Source: a phage
Length of the DNA stretch: 64,000 nt
Reading direction: 5' to 3' (one strand)
Sequence record: OZ346219.1
Shown here: positions 1 through 9,534 of the stretch, piece after piece
How the letters are laid out: each line of letters opens with the position of its first letter
How positions within the stretch are numbered: the stretch's first letter is position 1
Translations under genes and position numbers: made by a program
The notes under the pieces: model-generated
Database searches by the model: none
Seen by the model: only the letters and a program-made list of their open reading frames with translations
What the model was told of the DNA's origin: nothing

Positions 1-533
1 ACGATCATTTCTTTCATCATGCGAAGCTGATCATCTTTAGTCGGAGATCCAAACGTGATGGGGTCAAATCGAGATCGTAACGCTGGGATAATACCTTCTA
101 GATCGTTTGCTGTGATAATGAATGTCACGTTGTTTGAGTATGCCTCAGAGAAACTACGCAAGTGTCTTTGAGCATCAGCTAGCCCCGCTCGGTCATACTC
201 ATCGATAATAACAACTTTGCCTTTTTCTCTTTTTTCTTCATCGAGTGATACACTCTGCGCAAAGCGTGTAATCTCATCGCGGATAAAATCAATCTTACAA
301 TCTGCGCCGTTAACAAACAGATAATCAACACCCACATCTTCGCAAAGCGCCTTAGCAACGGTTGTTTTACCAGTACCTGGCGATGGGCTATGCAGGATCA
401 TAGAAGGGATTCGGCCTTGCTTAACAATCTGCGCGAAGATCTTTTTATCTGCTTCCGGCAGAATACATTCAGAAATTGATTTCGGACGGTATTTCTGTTC
501 CCACTGAAACTCATTTTCATTAACACTCAGCAT
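1..533 (-). CDS. 44: Clamp loader large subunit gp44 (N-terminal part; gene continues beyond window start)
   Basis: Minus-strand translation starts MLSVNENEFQWEQKYRP and contains HSPSPGTGKTT Walker A, matching T4 gp44; ATG at 531-533; lies downstream of gp45 as in T4. Confidence 0.85.
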   Translation of the reverse strand, partial: MLSVNENEFQWEQKYRPKSISECILPEADKKIFAQIVKQGRIPSMILHSPSPGTGKTTVAKALCEDVGVDYLFVNGADCKIDFIRDEITRFAQSVSLDEEKREKGKVVIIDEYDRAGLADAQRHLRSFSEAYSNNVTFIITANDLEGIIPALRSRFDPITFGSPTKDDQLRMMKEMI

Positions 534-566
534 ATAATCACCTCTCACAAATTACATCATTAAAAC

Positions 567-587
567 GGGGAGTATTTTATACTCCCC
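567..587 (-). other. GC-rich hairpin GGGGAGTATTTTATACTCCCC in the gp45-gp44 intergenic spacer
   Basis: Perfect 7-bp inverted repeat seen directly; same GGGRGTA...TACYCCC palindrome type recurs at early promoters elsewhere in window. Confidence 0.4.
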
Positions 588-599
588 ACAAACATTATA

Positions 600-1286
600 T
601 TAGTCGGTGTAGCTGGAGTCAAGGTCACACGCGATCATATAAGATACGGTTTCACTTGCCAGCCATACAGCCTTACGGCGAGTGAAGCTCAGTTTGTAAT
701 CGCCGAAGTCAGTAGCAACCAGTTTCATGTTATCTTTACGAATAAAGAAATGGAAGTCTGCGGTTCCGGTATATTCGCCCATGTCAAGACAAAACATCTC
801 ATTAGGATTATTTTTGTCAATCTCTTCCCAACCTTTGATCATCAGACGACCATCAATCGGAAGAAATTCAAGGCGGTCCACTTTAAGCTGATTGCTCATT
901 TTCATAAGCTGTTTCAGATCGTCGTTGCTCAGTTCGTAATCTACATCGCTTGCAGGTGGAGTAACTCGGCCTTTCGGTGATACGATAGCAGCAGCACTAG
1001 CACCAGGATAATTAATTTTCAGACGATCATTAGACACACGAATGTTTCCGGTGCGGTCATCAACCGTAATATCTGCTTCATCGCCTACCAGATTCAGAAT
1101 ACCCAAGAAAGAGTTAAGATCATAGATCCCAATTTCGTGTTCCAGTTCTTGATTCAGAGTCGCTTCACCATATACAACGTTTGTCATGTTTTTGGTGATC
1201 AGGACGTTTCCTTTTTTCAGGATGATACCTGGGTTAATAGCGGAAAAGTTTTTCAGGGTAGCAATGGTTTCTTTAGTCAGTTTCAT
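600..1286 (-). CDS. 45: Sliding clamp gp45
   Basis: Translation MKLTKETIATLKNFSAINPGI... aligns along its length with T4 gp45 (MKLSKDTTALLKNF...); size 228 aa; start moved to second Met (first M in track is TTG). Confidence 0.9.
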   Translation of the reverse strand: MKLTKETIATLKNFSAINPGIILKKGNVLITKNMTNVVYGEATLNQELEHEIGIYDLNSFLGILNLVGDEADITVDDRTGNIRVSNDRLKINYPGASAAAIVSPKGRVTPPASDVDYELSNDDLKQLMKMSNQLKVDRLEFLPIDGRLMIKGWEEIDKNNPNEMFCLDMGEYTGTADFHFFIRKDNMKLVATDFGDYKLSFTRRKAVWLASETVSYMIACDLDSSYTD

Positions 1287-1316
1287 CAAATCACCTTTAT
1301 CATGTTAATCAATTAA

Positions 1317-1694
1317 TTACGGGTTTACTTCGTGCTCATTTTGAATCTTTAGCATTCTTTCGATAAATTTTTTCTCGGCTTCCTTGTCGGATGAGTGAGT
1401 ATACTTCAATCCAATGTAAGCTGTCAAGTATTGTTGCAGAGCATAGACAGTAACAGGATTCTTTGCGGTCTTTTTGCCGTCGAGATATACCAGATCACCA
1501 CGAACATCAAACGCAAGTTTACGACGAATCACATCATCAACAAATTTATCTAGGACAAAATACCACTCAATACATTCTATCCCGTGACGGTAGTTCATTA
1601 CATCATTATCTTTGATATAGTCAAACGGAATATGACATAATTTACGATTTTGTAGGATGAATAGCATTTGTTCTTTTAAGCTCATACGTTTCAT
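1317..1694 (-). CDS. Hypothetical protein, RpbA-like by position between gene 45 and gene 46
   Basis: ORF track 1317..1715; synteny with T4 rpbA only, sequence not recognised; start uncertain. Confidence 0.4.
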   Translation of the reverse strand: MKRMSLKEQMLFILQNRKLCHIPFDYIKDNDVMNYRHGIECIEWYFVLDKFVDDVIRRKLAFDVRGDLVYLDGKKTAKNPVTVYALQQYLTAYIGLKYTHSSDKEAEKKFIERMLKIQNEHEVNP

Positions 1695-1698
1695 TCCA

Positions 1699-2076
1699 TC
1701 ACTTCCCATCAGCAATTGCGATCAGACGAGTTACTACTACGCTAGCGGCTTCAATCAGCAGTTCATCAGTGTCAATCTGATAACCCTTTTCGAGAATATC
1801 TTTACCTCGAATAGTTTTAGCACCTTTAGCAATTGAATCATCGTAATACTTGCGCATTGCCGCGATCCATTCTTTTTGCACCATATCATCAATATGCGCG
1901 TACAGTTCAAAGCGTGCTTGCTGCGGGATAACCTTCATTTTAGCTTTCTCGCTTTCTGGCATTTGTAGTACCCACGCTTTACGGATCTTGTTCATTGCTC
2001 GGTCAAATTCGAGACTGGTTTTCTTGTTCTGAATGTCTGCTACAGTAATTTTAGCCAGGTTTGCGGAAGTAGTCAT
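1699..2076 (-). CDS. Hypothetical protein
   Basis: ORF with GGAGA Shine-Dalgarno before ATG at 2076 (MTTSANLAK...). Confidence 0.5.
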   Translation of the reverse strand: MTTSANLAKITVADIQNKKTSLEFDRAMNKIRKAWVLQMPESEKAKMKVIPQQARFELYAHIDDMVQKEWIAAMRKYYDDSIAKGAKTIRGKDILEKGYQIDTDELLIEAASVVVTRLIAIADGK

Positions 2077-2106
2077 AATATTAATCTCCAAAATAAAATC
2101 AGTATA

Positions 2107-2337
2107 TCACGTTCTAAAGTTTGTTGCAACCCCAGCATCAGGGTAATCAAGTTTATCAAAGTTGGGGACCAGCATAAACTCATGATGACGGCAAGACAAC
2201 ATTTTTGTTATGTCTTCATCGCTGTATATGCTGTTTTTCATATCCCCCATACTAACTACATATTCTTCACCGGAATATAGATTGATTAATGTATACAATT
2301 CTAACTCCGGCTGCGTTACTCTGTCAAATGTTAACAT
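2107..2337 (-). CDS. Hypothetical small protein
   Basis: 76-aa ORF in track, tightly packed with neighbours. Confidence 0.4.
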   Translation of the reverse strand: MLTFDRVTQPELELYTLINLYSGEEYVVSMGDMKNSIYSDEDITKMLSCRHHEFMLVPNFDKLDYPDAGVATNFRT

Positions 2338-4006
2338 TCATTTCAGTGAATCGCCCACGTTTAACCATCTTGAGATGACGGCTAAAATCATCAGGGTTAT
2401 GGTCACGATGGCTGATAATATACACGTTATCATCTAACTTGTCAATGATGGAATCAAGTGCTTTTACGCCCTGAACGTCCGTAGCCCCATCATAAATTTC
2501 GTCGAGTACCAACAAAGAAATATTAGTACCAGATACTTTACCAGCAACATCACGCCATGTAAAGAGCATCGCAAGGTCAATACGTGCTTTTTCGCCTTGA
2601 CTGAATGATGTATACGAAAACGATTCACGCCCCCGTGATTTGATTGTTTCGTTAAACTCTTCATCTAGCGTAAAGATATAATCCGCTTCCATGATATCTA
2701 GATAATACGCAATCCGATCATTGAAATATGGAATATATTTCTTGACGATAGACGCCTTAACACCGGAATCTTTCAACATTTCTGTTACAAATCCACGGTG
2801 ATATTTTTCAAGAACTAGCTTTGATTTTTCATTAGTGATCTCTACCAGTTCGTGTTCCAGTTTAGCAAGTTCTTCGGAATTGTCAACCCTTTCTTTTTGC
2901 AATTCTTGCATTGCTTTCTGGATCTGTTTAGCCCGACCTACAGATGCCGTTAAATTCGCTCTCTGTGACTCTATAGCGCGTTTAATTTCCAAGACCTTAG
3001 TTTGTGCTGTCTGGAAAGAATTGGCTTTCTCTGCGTATTCTACGCGTTTCTCGTCAATAAGAGACAGTTTATGTTCGGCTTGTGCTTTTTGTTCGCGTAC
3101 AGCCTGATCATTACCCTGAATGATCGGTTGTGTGCACGTAGGACAGATCCCGCCTTTCTCGTGCATATGGATAACACGGTCAAAGTTCTGGATCTGCGCA
3201 CCAATCTGTGCGATAGCAGTATTAATTTTAGCCAATGCTGCGCTAGGATCTTCCGGCATAACAACAGCCAATAGCTCATCGGTCAAGCGCGTTTCTTCGG
3301 CTTTAAACGCTTTAGCTGATTCTACTTCTTTCTCGTACATATTCTGCAAACGCTGTAGATTCTCGGCACTCGCCTTGCTAGCGTCTTCTATGTACTTTTT
3401 ATGAGTGTTGATTTGTTGCTGAACGTGATTAGCTTTCATTTCCTGCATTTGGATATTCTGGGTAATCTCGCGCACATACGCTTTATTCAGTTTATCCATT
3501 TCGCCTAGCGTAGCAATATCAAGCAAATCCTCGACCAGTTTACGGCGACCCGCTGCCGGAAGACTCATAAACGGAACATAACCAGCAGTGCCTAAAACAA
3601 CGATCTGTTTAAAGCTGGCTAGGTTCATTCCTATGATACCTTCAAAATATTCCTGAAAGTCTTTGGTGCTTGCGCTCTCGTCGATCTTTTGACCGTCGCG
3701 ATGCACTTCGAAGACTTCCGGTTTTTGACCACGTTTGATATAAAACTCTTTTCCGTCCAGTTCAAACCAGACTTCGACTAACAGTTTCTTTTTGTTGACG
3801 CTGTTAATCAATTGGCCTTTCTTGATACTACGAAACGGTTTACCGAACAACACAAAGCAAAGCGCCTCGATCATTGTTGATTTACCAGCACCGTTAACAC
3901 CAGTGATTAGTGTCTTTTTGAATCCGTCTAGCTGAATCTCAACAGGTTCAGCACCCACGCTCATTATATTTTGATAGCGCAAGGTTTTAAAATTTAACTT
4001 TGCCAT
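2324..4006 (-). CDS. 46: Recombination endonuclease subunit gp46 (SbcC/Rad50-like ATPase)
   Basis: MAKLNFKTLRYQNIMSVG...LITGVNGAGKSTM matches T4 gp46 N-terminus and Walker A; 560 aa; start set at ATG after GGAG SD (track M is TTG). Confidence 0.9.
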   Translation of the reverse strand: MAKLNFKTLRYQNIMSVGAEPVEIQLDGFKKTLITGVNGAGKSTMIEALCFVLFGKPFRSIKKGQLINSVNKKKLLVEVWFELDGKEFYIKRGQKPEVFEVHRDGQKIDESASTKDFQEYFEGIIGMNLASFKQIVVLGTAGYVPFMSLPAAGRRKLVEDLLDIATLGEMDKLNKAYVREITQNIQMQEMKANHVQQQINTHKKYIEDASKASAENLQRLQNMYEKEVESAKAFKAEETRLTDELLAVVMPEDPSAALAKINTAIAQIGAQIQNFDRVIHMHEKGGICPTCTQPIIQGNDQAVREQKAQAEHKLSLIDEKRVEYAEKANSFQTAQTKVLEIKRAIESQRANLTASVGRAKQIQKAMQELQKERVDNSEELAKLEHELVEITNEKSKLVLEKYHRGFVTEMLKDSGVKASIVKKYIPYFNDRIAYYLDIMEADYIFTLDEEFNETIKSRGRESFSYTSFSQGEKARIDLAMLFTWRDVAGKVSGTNISLLVLDEIYDGATDVQGVKALDSIIDKLDDNVYIISHRDHNPDDFSRHLKMVKRGRFTEMNVNI

Positions 4007-4238
4007 TAATCCACTCCGCAATCACACATTCCATAATATTAAATGCTAACACATCTTCATCAATATTGTAAACACTTGCCGCCTTCACTTTAACTAGTGT
4101 GTCTCTGCGATCTGGCAACATGATCACATAATCCAGTGTCGCCGGATCATATGTCATAAAGGGATCAACATAAATCCCTTTATTCAATGCCAGATATTCG
4201 CGAAGACCTTCTATAACCCTGTGTCTAAGGTAGGTCAT
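3987..4238 (-). CDS. Hypothetical protein (inserted between gene 47 and gene 46)
   Basis: ORF track 3987..4250; start uncertain. Confidence 0.4.
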   Translation of the reverse strand: MTYLRHRVIEGLREYLALNKGIYVDPFMTYDPATLDYVIMLPDRRDTLVKVKAASVYNIDEDVLAFNIMECVIAEWINGKVKF

Positions 4239-4246
4239 CGATAGAA

Positions 4247-4831
4247 TCATTTTAGTTTATGTTCCTCTAAAAATTCTTCAATTTCACCTTGCAGGTCTTC
4301 CGCTTGCTGTTCCAGAATATCGCGAAATTCACCTACAGTCAAGCGGTAATCGCATTTCACCAGTCGATGCGGGAGAATATACCCTTTATACATTGTCTCT
4401 GACGCTTCCAGGAATACCCCACTATGCATGACAGAGATCCAACCTGTTAACGTCAATGGAGTATTCGGAAAATAATACTTGCCGGATTGTTTCCACTGTA
4501 CGAAAGCACCATATACAATCGGATTATATTCACCAACCACACTCTTAATAATGGATTCTACTTTGTCTTTTACAAAGTCGCCAATGTCCATAGTTATCAT
4601 CAACTCTTTTGGATTAATGATTTTAAGGTAACGACGGTAGCCGTCATCATACCACATCTTAACAACTGACCGATCAATATTCGCTTTCAGATAGCCATAG
4701 ATCGGATTCTTGTAATATGATTGTTTTAGTGTGTATGTGTGCACCAATTTAATAAAATGTTCCATTACCAACAAATCAGAATCAGCCGCGACCATAGTCG
4801 TATTCATAATATGTTCCTCGTTCAATCTCAT
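4247..4831 (-). CDS. Hypothetical protein (inserted between gene 47 and gene 46)
   Basis: 194-aa ORF in track; no recognisable motif. Confidence 0.45.
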   Translation of the reverse strand: MRLNEEHIMNTTMVAADSDLLVMEHFIKLVHTYTLKQSYYKNPIYGYLKANIDRSVVKMWYDDGYRRYLKIINPKELMITMDIGDFVKDKVESIIKSVVGEYNPIVYGAFVQWKQSGKYYFPNTPLTLTGWISVMHSGVFLEASETMYKGYILPHRLVKCDYRLTVGEFRDILEQQAEDLQGEIEEFLEEHKLK

Positions 4832-5099
4832 ATTGTTTCAGGTCTTCTAAAAGTTCATCCACTGCTTGTTTCAGCACATGACGCAGCGTAAAGTAATAGC
4901 TTTCATCAAATTCTATTTCCGCGCGAGGAATAGAACGAAACTTACACTTAACCGTAGTATCGGTGAGTCGCTTTTCGACCATCATCCGAACTTCTTCATG
5001 CTCTTTGGAATACCATACATCAACGGAGATCCCCTTGCGTCGAGCAAACATAGGCAATGCCGCATTAAATTCCATTACCTTTTGTGCAAGTGTTTTCAT
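4782..5099 (-). CDS. Hypothetical protein (inserted between gene 47 and gene 46)
   Basis: 105-aa ORF in track. Confidence 0.4.
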   Translation of the reverse strand: MKTLAQKVMEFNAALPMFARRKGISVDVWYSKEHEEVRMMVEKRLTDTTVKCKFRSIPRAEIEFDESYYFTLRHVLKQAVDELLEDLKQYEIERGTYYEYDYGRG

Positions 5100-5359
5100 C
5101 GTACAGACTCCATAGATCCACGCGCAATAACATTCTGGGTAATATCAGCAACCTTACGGGATACGATGTTTGTTAGCCCATCTTTGGTGATATTTTCACG
5201 ATCAAATGGGATTTCGTCATGAGTCCACAAACCATAGTTAGATCGAAATGATAGCATATACTGACCATCTCGCACAACCTCAAATACATGGATCTTAGTG
5301 AATTTCGATAAACCTTCGTTGATTTCTTTCAATGCATTAGTAATCATAACAACCTCCAA
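5096..5359 (-). CDS. Hypothetical protein (inserted between gene 47 and gene 46)
   Basis: 87-aa ORF in track. Confidence 0.4.
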   Translation of the reverse strand: MEVVMITNALKEINEGLSKFTKIHVFEVVRDGQYMLSFRSNYGLWTHDEIPFDRENITKDGLTNIVSRKVADITQNVIARGSMESVR

Positions 5360-5401
5360 TCAATTTTTAGAGAGTATAACGGGGATTTCTCCCCGCGTCA
5401 A

Positions 5402-6427
5402 CTAACTTTTTGCGCTATTTACCTCGGCTAAAAGTTCATCAGAAATACGCTTGACCGCCGCAAGTTCTTCCGGTTCTAGGTTTTGTTCTTCCAGATATTC
5501 ATAGACCATCTGAATAGTGCTTTTAACTTCAATAACACCTGTTTCCTGTGATGCGCTACTCTCCAGCTTATGGACCACTTTTAGCTTGTGTACAACGGCC
5601 TCTAAAGCGCTTTCTAACTTAGTTAACCCATTATCAGCGACCGTTGCGATAAGACGCACACTAAGCCCCTTAAAGCGTTCTACATCGATTTTATCATCTG
5701 ACGGGTAAGTGATACGCACATGATAAGTTTTGTCATTCTGGATAAACTCCTTTTTGTGTGTATCGGTATCGAATACCCAAAAACCACGCGGATCGTTTTC
5801 GTCACCAGCCGTTAGTGTGTATGGTGTACCAATATACGTTACGTTACCGCCATCACTGATAGTATGAAAGTGACCAGAAAACACTTCACGGTATTTCTTG
5901 AGGAAGTCCGCGCTATAACCTTCTGATTTTAGACCTTTATAGAAATAGTAACCGGACAATTCCCAATGGCCTACACAATATTCGCTGAATGAGTTTTGAA
6001 TAAACTCTAAAATCTCTGATTTATTGTCATCACAAAACCACGGGAACAGATCAAATGATACACCATCAAAGGTGACTGTTTCCGGTTTATCGATAACCTT
6101 AATGCAATCATACTGGCTTAACACTTCACGCGGTGCGTTAGGCTGGATCTTGTTTCGTTTAAACATATCATGGTTCCCGACCGTGATATAACAAGTAATT
6201 CCAGCCTCTTCCAGTAATGGGATGACCTTAGTACGGTTAAATTTCATGGTTTCATGGGTAATTGCTTTTCGGCAATCAAACCAATCCCCTGTTTGAATCC
6301 ATGTCTTAATATTATGCTCTTTGGAGTATTCAACCGCCTTCTTGATGGTATCAAGAATATACTCATGCACCCACGGATCATCGCCACCGATACCAGTATG
6401 CAGATCACCTAAAAGCAAAATTTTCAT
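5402..6427 (-). CDS. 47: Recombination endonuclease subunit gp47 (Mre11/SbcD-like phosphoesterase)
   Basis: MKILLLGDLHTGIGGDD...VGNHDM...GHWELSGYYFYKG closely matches T4 gp47 including metallophosphatase motifs. Confidence 0.9.
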   Translation of the reverse strand: MKILLLGDLHTGIGGDDPWVHEYILDTIKKAVEYSKEHNIKTWIQTGDWFDCRKAITHETMKFNRTKVIPLLEEAGITCYITVGNHDMFKRNKIQPNAPREVLSQYDCIKVIDKPETVTFDGVSFDLFPWFCDDNKSEILEFIQNSFSEYCVGHWELSGYYFYKGLKSEGYSADFLKKYREVFSGHFHTISDGGNVTYIGTPYTLTAGDENDPRGFWVFDTDTHKKEFIQNDKTYHVRITYPSDDKIDVERFKGLSVRLIATVADNGLTKLESALEAVVHKLKVVHKLESSASQETGVIEVKSTIQMVYEYLEEQNLEPEELAAVKRISDELLAEVNSAKS

Positions 6428-6517
6428 AGTCTCTTCCTCTCTTCGTTTTCGATGCTCTCACTATATCACAGAAAAATAAAAAGGGAAACCCCTTTCAGAG
6501 TCTCCCCTATAAAGCCA

Positions 6518-6805
6518 TTACAGCATACTTAATACCGTTTGCCGTGTACTAATCCACATAGCAGAAAGCAGTTCTGGCGTGTGTGGCTGTTTGTAGATAT
6601 CACGTAACTTTCCGATAGCGTAGATATACGCATCACGGTTATCATCGATGATAGCTTGTTCAGCCCACCGCTTAAGGCGTGCAATCTCTCGCGAGTTCTT
6701 ACGCAAGATCTTTTCCGCTTTCTTAGCGGCTTTAGCCTCTAGTTCTGCTTGTACTTTGTCTACTTCATTCACTGCAATCTGGTCATGCTGTTCATCGTAA
6801 GTCAT
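6518..6805 (-). CDS. Hypothetical protein
   Basis: 95-aa ORF between gp55 and gp47. Confidence 0.4.
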   Translation of the reverse strand: MTYDEQHDQIAVNEVDKVQAELEAKAAKKAEKILRKNSREIARLKRWAEQAIIDDNRDAYIYAIGKLRDIYKQPHTPELLSAMWISTRQTVLSML

Positions 6806-6806
6806 G

Positions 6807-7040
6807 TTATTTTCCTTCTGGGATATAGTCGATGATTAAAGAAAATTCATCTTCTGATACATTATAGCTATGTGAGATTGTACCCGTAAAGACCTCAAGA
6901 TCCGGTGATTTGATATTGCACGGATCGATAATCACCGGAACGCCGCAATCTCTCAAAAATAATTTGGCGAAATACGGCACAAGGTCAGTTTCAAACTCTG
7001 CTTCTTCCAGCAAACGGGAAATGTTAATTTTCAATCTCAT
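6807..7040 (-). CDS. Hypothetical protein
   Basis: 77-aa ORF between gp55 and gp47. Confidence 0.4.
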   Translation of the reverse strand: MRLKINISRLLEEAEFETDLVPYFAKLFLRDCGVPVIIDPCNIKSPDLEVFTGTISHSYNVSEDEFSLIIDYIPEGK

Positions 7041-7557
7041 AAAATTGGTCCAAGCTAGGCAATTCCTCGGTCAATACATCTTCAACCTTTGGCGCTTTCG
7101 GTTTATTGACCGATTCCTCGTAGTTGTTGATTTTATCGTAAATGTCCTGTATGAATGCCTCATCAGCAATCTGGCACATATCAGCGTCGCGTTCGTCATA
7201 TACATGATGCACAAAATATTTGTATTTTGCGGCTGTCGCTGTTCTCTCTTTTTTAATGCGCTGTACAAAAGCATTAAAGCACGCTTGCGTGATGTAAGCA
7301 TGAGGATTTTTATACTTTGTCTCGTCAAAATTAATCAAACCCTTGACCGCCGCTTCGATTCCGTCGTCGATCATTTCTTCGCGCCACGTTTGACTATAAC
7401 CAGAAAAGTTAAAACGACGTGATAGATTTTTAGAGATTTGCATAATTGCTAGGCCGATTTGATCGCTCATTGGAACTTGCCGACCTTCTGCTGCAATTTG
7501 TTGTTTCCAACGGCAAATTTCTTCGTAAAGCTCTTTATTGTTTACATAATCAGACAC
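7024..7557 (-). CDS. 55: Late-transcription sigma factor gp55
   Basis: [11 protein letters not shown]...[58 protein letters not shown] nearly identical in blocks to T4 gp55. Confidence 0.9.
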   Translation of the reverse strand: MSDYVNNKELYEEICRWKQQIAAEGRQVPMSDQIGLAIMQISKNLSRRFNFSGYSQTWREEMIDDGIEAAVKGLINFDETKYKNPHAYITQACFNAFVQRIKKERTATAAKYKYFVHHVYDERDADMCQIADEAFIQDIYDKINNYEESVNKPKAPKVEDVLTEELPSLDQFYEIEN

Positions 7558-7597
7558 TTCGCACCCTCGCTATTATTTAGGAAATAACCCTTTCGGG

Positions 7598-9067
7598 CTA
7601 TTCCCCATTACCATTATACTTTCTTTGCTTAGTTATCCACACTCTAACCATCTCTACAGATTCGCCGTCAGACGGATCAAGAGTTTTTCCTTTTTTCTTC
7701 ATGCGGTACTTAAATCCGTTAAATCTTGCATTCTCTTGCTCGTTAAAGTCGAACATCTTTTTAAATGATTTTCGCCCTTTACGTTCACCACATTCTAGCG
7801 GAATCATTCGATCTGTTATTACATTGGCATTAGGCAGAAACGTTTTTAGATAATCCACCAACGCCCAATCAGGAACATATAGATTAACATTCTCCTTGCT
7901 CTCGTTGTCTCTCAGGTTACAACGCAAACATAATTGAAATGCTGGTTCCAGATAATCAGACACATGACGCGCTTTCAAAAACTCGTTTGTCGGGAGATCA
8001 CAACTATTAGCAAGACCTTTTAAAATATCAATCTCCCATCGTTGAGGGTTAAAGCTGAACATCACAGCAACATTTTTATGATGAATGTAAGAGTTAAGAC
8101 CATAAGACCCGTAAGGTATCCGCTCACCAATACCATTTGTACACGCTTCACGGTCCCGATTCACGGTATAAATGAAGTCATCGCCACATTCATTTTTAAC
8201 CATATCAACAAGACGTTCAAAGGTATTGTTTGTTTCTGACTGGTGACGCGACCATCGTTCAGAGTCCGTCATAAGGATGATATTAACTCTATCTGTATTT
8301 TTATACTCTTTGAAATATAGTCTGGATTCTAGCGCACTCGGAACAAAATCGCAATTTGCATAGTATCGTAGATACTTCCCACTATATGTATCAAAGAGAT
8401 TTGCACATGCTATCGTAACCTTTTTAAAGTCTCCCCACGTACCGTGTTTGTTATCGTTCAAGAAAACAATTTTCGACCCATTCTTCCGGTGTCCTTCGTT
8501 ATGTTTTACCATAACGTTGATTTTCTTCTCTAATAACGCCTCATAAAGCCCTCTAAGAGAAGAATCGATCATATCAGTACCATCCTTCGCACTTTCTATC
8601 TTTTCTTTGATAGCGGCCTTCTCAGAGTCTTTTAGAACTAAGTTCTGTAGGCATTCCGATTCGTCGGCGATTGGTTCGCAATGCTTAGTGATAAGTTCAA
8701 GATTAGACTTAAACGGATACTCATTAAATTCAACCAGTTGAGGAACTTCATCAATGTAAAGAGCATAATCACCAAACATTTTTGAACGTTCCATATTAGA
8801 TAACGCTGTATGTGTAATGAATATCACATCAGCACCATCTTTAACTGATTGCATTATCGACGCTTGCACTGTCTTAAGGCTTCTTAGTCTTGTGCTATCA
8901 ATCAAGACAGCACGACCGCCCATTCTTTTAAACTTATTGTAAGATTGTTCACTTAAAACACGAGATGGCGAAGCAATAACCGCTTTTTCTTTTGTCTCTA
9001 GGACGTGGGAAAGTATAGCATCAGTTTTCCCCGCCGCTGGCAATGCGATTAATGTTTCAATCTTCAT
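7598..9067 (-). CDS. Uncharacterised P-loop NTPase (489 aa)
   Basis: Walker A-like LPAAGKT near N-terminus and Walker B-like ALYIDEV about 95 aa later; ATG overlaps stop of upstream ORF (TAATG); no match to T4 helicases/ligase that I can recall. Confidence 0.6.
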   Translation of the reverse strand: MKIETLIALPAAGKTDAILSHVLETKEKAVIASPSRVLSEQSYNKFKRMGGRAVLIDSTRLRSLKTVQASIMQSVKDGADVIFITHTALSNMERSKMFGDYALYIDEVPQLVEFNEYPFKSNLELITKHCEPIADESECLQNLVLKDSEKAAIKEKIESAKDGTDMIDSSLRGLYEALLEKKINVMVKHNEGHRKNGSKIVFLNDNKHGTWGDFKKVTIACANLFDTYSGKYLRYYANCDFVPSALESRLYFKEYKNTDRVNIILMTDSERWSRHQSETNNTFERLVDMVKNECGDDFIYTVNRDREACTNGIGERIPYGSYGLNSYIHHKNVAVMFSFNPQRWEIDILKGLANSCDLPTNEFLKARHVSDYLEPAFQLCLRCNLRDNESKENVNLYVPDWALVDYLKTFLPNANVITDRMIPLECGERKGRKSFKKMFDFNEQENARFNGFKYRMKKKGKTLDPSDGESVEMVRVWITKQRKYNGNGE

Positions 9068-9354
9068 TAGAAACCCTTACGTCGTTCTTTCTGGCATTTC
9101 TTGATCATTTTATCAGAAATTTCGCGCTTAGGTGCAATCTCTTTCACACCGAAAGCACTAATGCCAAATTCAGAGAGAATATATTCAACCAACAATTCAC
9201 GCACACGCGCTTTACCGATATTCACGCCGTTATTTTTCAGATATGTCTGGCCTTCGACTTGCATCAGATCTAAATCTGCGTCGGTAATATTGATTTCTTC
9301 CATGCGCCCAAATCGAGAATAAACCATGTGTGCGATTGCATTGTGTACTAACAT
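9067..9354 (-). CDS. Hypothetical protein translationally coupled to the P-loop NTPase
   Basis: ORF with GAGGAA SD and ATG at 9354; stop overlaps NTPase start. Confidence 0.5.
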   Translation of the reverse strand: MLVHNAIAHMVYSRFGRMEEINITDADLDLMQVEGQTYLKNNGVNIGKARVRELLVEYILSEFGISAFGVKEIAPKREISDKMIKKCQKERRKGF

Positions 9355-9375
9355 AATATATTCCTCACTCAAGAA

Positions 9376-9534
9376 TTACTTAATGATACTTACTTTACCA
9401 GATCCATGACAATGAGCGCAACACCCATCACCACGCAATCCTGTTCCGTTACAGTGTTTACACTTCTTCAACGGTAAAGCCATTATAGCAAATAAAGCAA
9501 TAATGAATACCGAAACTAAATTCTCAATAATCAT
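9376..9534 (-). CDS. Micro-protein (52 aa) with N-terminal hydrophobic helix and DnaJ-type CxxCxGxG zinc-finger repeats
   Basis: Hand-translated: MIIENLVSVFIIALFAIMALPLKKCKHCNGTGLRGDGCCAHCHGSGKVSIIK; not in ORF track (<60 aa). Confidence 0.4.
   Translation of the reverse strand: MIIENLVSVFIIALFAIMALPLKKCKHCNGTGLRGDGCCAHCHGSGKVSIIK

Noticed and set aside
750-980. Plus-strand 76-aa ORF inside gene 45
   Set aside because: Embedded antisense in the strongly supported gp45 CDS. The same applies to most short plus-strand ORFs between 1 and 43.5 kb and to short minus-strand ORFs between 43.6 and 64 kb.
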